The notes under the pieces were generated by a model. The model was given only the letters and a program-made list of their open reading frames with translations, did no database searches and was not told the origin of the DNA. The position numbers and the translations under genes are program-made. A DNA stretch of 63,612 nucleotides, filler included, from Octopus bimaculoides (Eukaryota), in NCBI RefSeq assembly GCF_001194135.2. It is 7 parts of 7 records of this genome, joined end to end, with 100 filler letters (N's around TTAATTAATTAA, not from the genome) between each part and the next. Parts side by side here need not be neighbours in the genome. Positions count along the whole stretch, not along the records: positions 51,546 to 62,307 come from NC_068983.1; positions 62,408 to 63,612 come from NW_026358756.1; 5 more parts are not named here. One strand, written 5' to 3'. Of this stretch, positions 61,354-63,612 are shown one piece after another; position 1 is the first letter of the stretch; each line of letters opens with the position of its first letter.

Positions 61354-62777
61354 ACTATCTTTACAAAAAATAGAAGGAAATATTTGAAAATGTAACCCTA
61401 AGACAGAAAGACGGAATAGTCGCGGCTGGAACACTCTCGATCCTATGTCTACCGGCATATAGTCTTCAGTATACTGAGGCTCAAACAAAACAAAATTCAT
61501 TGGCCCCGAAAGGCTCGGAGGAAATATCGTGGAAGCCGATCCCACCACTCTTCAGGCAAAACCCCCCCTCAAAAATAACGAAAATAACTAAAAGTCAAAA
61601 CACGAGTACTCTCTTTCCCTTTCTTTCCTTCTCTTCCTCTCCCCCCACTCTCTCTCTCTCTCTCCCCACTCTCTCCCTCTCTCCCCCCACTCTCTCTCTC
61701 TTTCTCTCTCTCTCTCCTCTCTCTTACATATTAGTTTCAAATTTTGGCACAAGACCAGCAATTTCGGGGAGAGAGTAAGTCGATTACATTAACCCCAGTC
61801 CTCAACTGGTACTTATTTTATCGGAAGGCAAAGTCAAACATGGCGGATTTTGAACTCAGAACACAAAGACAGACGAAATGTCGCTAAGTATTTTAGCCGG
61901 AGTGCTGACGACCCTACTAGCTCGACGCCTTACAATTCACGTAATTTGGCGTTTCGCTGTCTCACAGCGTCAAAAAGCGTGAAGACGAAATTATTAAACT
62001 TAGAGTAGCGATGGAGAAAAATCACAGCTTCGAATAAATGAATAAATTCCATTATATCTATTAACTCTGGTTTTCCGCGTTCCTTTTGCATACACAAGGA
62101 CAGTTTTCAATTGGTGGTGGCGGACAAGGCACAGATACAAAGGAAAATACACACGCACACACACACACGCACACACACACACACACACGCACACGCACAC
62201 ACGCGTGCGTGCACACACACGTACACACCCACACACTCACGCAGACACGCACGAGCACGCATGCACGCGCACACATACGCACACACGCAAGCACACACCC
62301 ACACACANNNNNNNNNNNNNNNNNNNNNNNNNNNNNNNNNNNNNNNNNNNNTTAATTAATTAANNNNNNNNNNNNNNNNNNNNNNNNNNNNNNNNNNNNN
62401 NNNNNNNGTTGTCTATTGAATTTTATACATGCTAGGCTACTGGTAGTGAAACTTCTAAGAAAAAACTCGCTACCCTATATATTTTACATATTTATATATG
62501 TATATATTTATATCTATGTATTTATATATGTATATTTTTATGTATATATATATAACGTATATATATGTATATATATATATATGTATATATACTCTTGATT
62601 GGACTATATCAGGTGGAGGAGAAGAGCCATGCAAGGAACGTGAAGAGGGCACAGCATAAAGACGGAAAGTCACGGTGGTGCTCCAGCATGACCACAGCCA
62701 CTTGGCTGAAACCCATAAATAAATAAAAATAAATATATATGTGTATTTATATGTATACATATATGTATATATATGTA

Positions 62778-63217
62778 ATGCACGTTCTTGAACTAACTTC
62801 TAGCTGTTTTGCAATGTCAGAAGGCTTCAAATGGGGTTCGTTTTCCACAATTCTCTTCAAACAGCAAAGCTTCTTTTCCTAGAGCCTGGGTCGGCCGGGA
62901 CGAGAATTTGTTGATTCTTTTCCTTGGCTTTTGAATTGCACTATAATTCTATTAACAGTAGCAAGAAGAATTTGAAGATTTTCGGCAATTTTTCACTGGC
63001 TAAGACCAGCATCGGATTGTCCAACAATACGACCTCTTTGAAAGTCTGACAGTTCTGCTAAATTTTTTGTGCATGGCATGGTTATTCTTCGCAAATCTTT
63101 AATATAATGGCACCTGGAATGAAAAAGAATAATTACATTGTAAATTCTACATATTAAGATGCTTAGATCAGAAATTTTGAAAATTAAAGGTGTTTATTTA
63201 CTTCCTGCATGTCTGTG
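62778..63217 (-). mobile_element. 5' half of a Tc1-like element of the same family as 50039-51267
   Basis: Related TIR at 63190-63217. Translation [40 protein letters not shown]...SRPGRP...KPSDIAKQLEVSSRT. Confidence 0.8.
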
Positions 63218-63238
63218 TATATATATAAATATGTATAA

Positions 63239-63612
63239 GATAAAGCAATTAAGAGTATGAAGACATGGAAAGCCCCCAGCCCATCAGGAATCACCACAGA
63301 GATGCTCAAAATATCTGGTTGTGTCAGCTATAGTCTAGTCACCCATATAGTCAATCAGGTGATATATGAAGGAGTCATCATACCCAATGACTGGTGTAGC
63401 AGCACCACAGTCAACTGTTACAAAGGTAAAGGGGACGCTTTAGATACAAATAATTACAGAGGTATAAAGTTGTTAGATCAGGTAATGAAAGTCATGGAAA
63501 GGGTCATAGCCCAACTAATTAGGAAGCGAGTCAGTTTAGATGAGATTCAGTTTGGGTTCGTACCAGGGAAAAGCACCATTGATGCTATATTTCTGGTAAG
63601 ACAGCTGCAGGA
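63239..63612 (+). mobile_element. RTE-clade LINE reverse transcriptase, 5'-truncated, reading frame open to the window end
   Basis: Uninterrupted frame DKAIKSMKTWKAPSPSGITTEMLK...IPNDWCSSTTVNCYKGKGDALDTNNYRGIKLLDQVMKVMERVIAQLIRKRVSLDEIQFGFVPGKSTIDAIFLVRQLQ. It is absent from the ORF track, probably because no stop falls inside the window. Confidence 0.92.

Overview
Repeat-dense, gappy eukaryotic genomic DNA. The SINE families and very high microsatellite density look like Octopus (inference, not a database match). Two partial protein-coding genes face each other. (1) Eight GT-AG exons (11157-18400, +) splice into one continuous 280-codon internal segment of MYBBP1A (Myb-binding protein 1A / Pol5 homolog). 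(2) Two exons (36529-36596 and 35180-35227, -) encode the GHEY...NLKFA...KLNWA region of a glyoxalase II-like hydrolase (HAGH/PNKD family). The remaining exons of both genes were not found and may lie in N-gaps. The rest is mobile and repetitive DNA: several tRNA-derived SINE families; decayed mariner, Tc1 and maT transposons; RTE, R4-like, CRE-like and CR1-like LINE fragments; a Penelope-like GIY-YIG element; MITEs; a 5S rRNA pseudogene; and a ~125-bp tandem array surrounding a MYBBP1A exon. I cannot support a clearly new multi-gene system. The most interesting leads are three families of minimal hammerhead-ribozyme-like motifs with variant cores (one family as an inverted pair), a tandem array carrying repeated AG|GT splice-like motifs around a conserved exon, a Merlin-like MITE with telomere repeats, and a CRE-clade retroelement relic. 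Nearly all ORFs in the supplied track are microsatellite or N-gap artefacts. All translations and alignments were done by eye.
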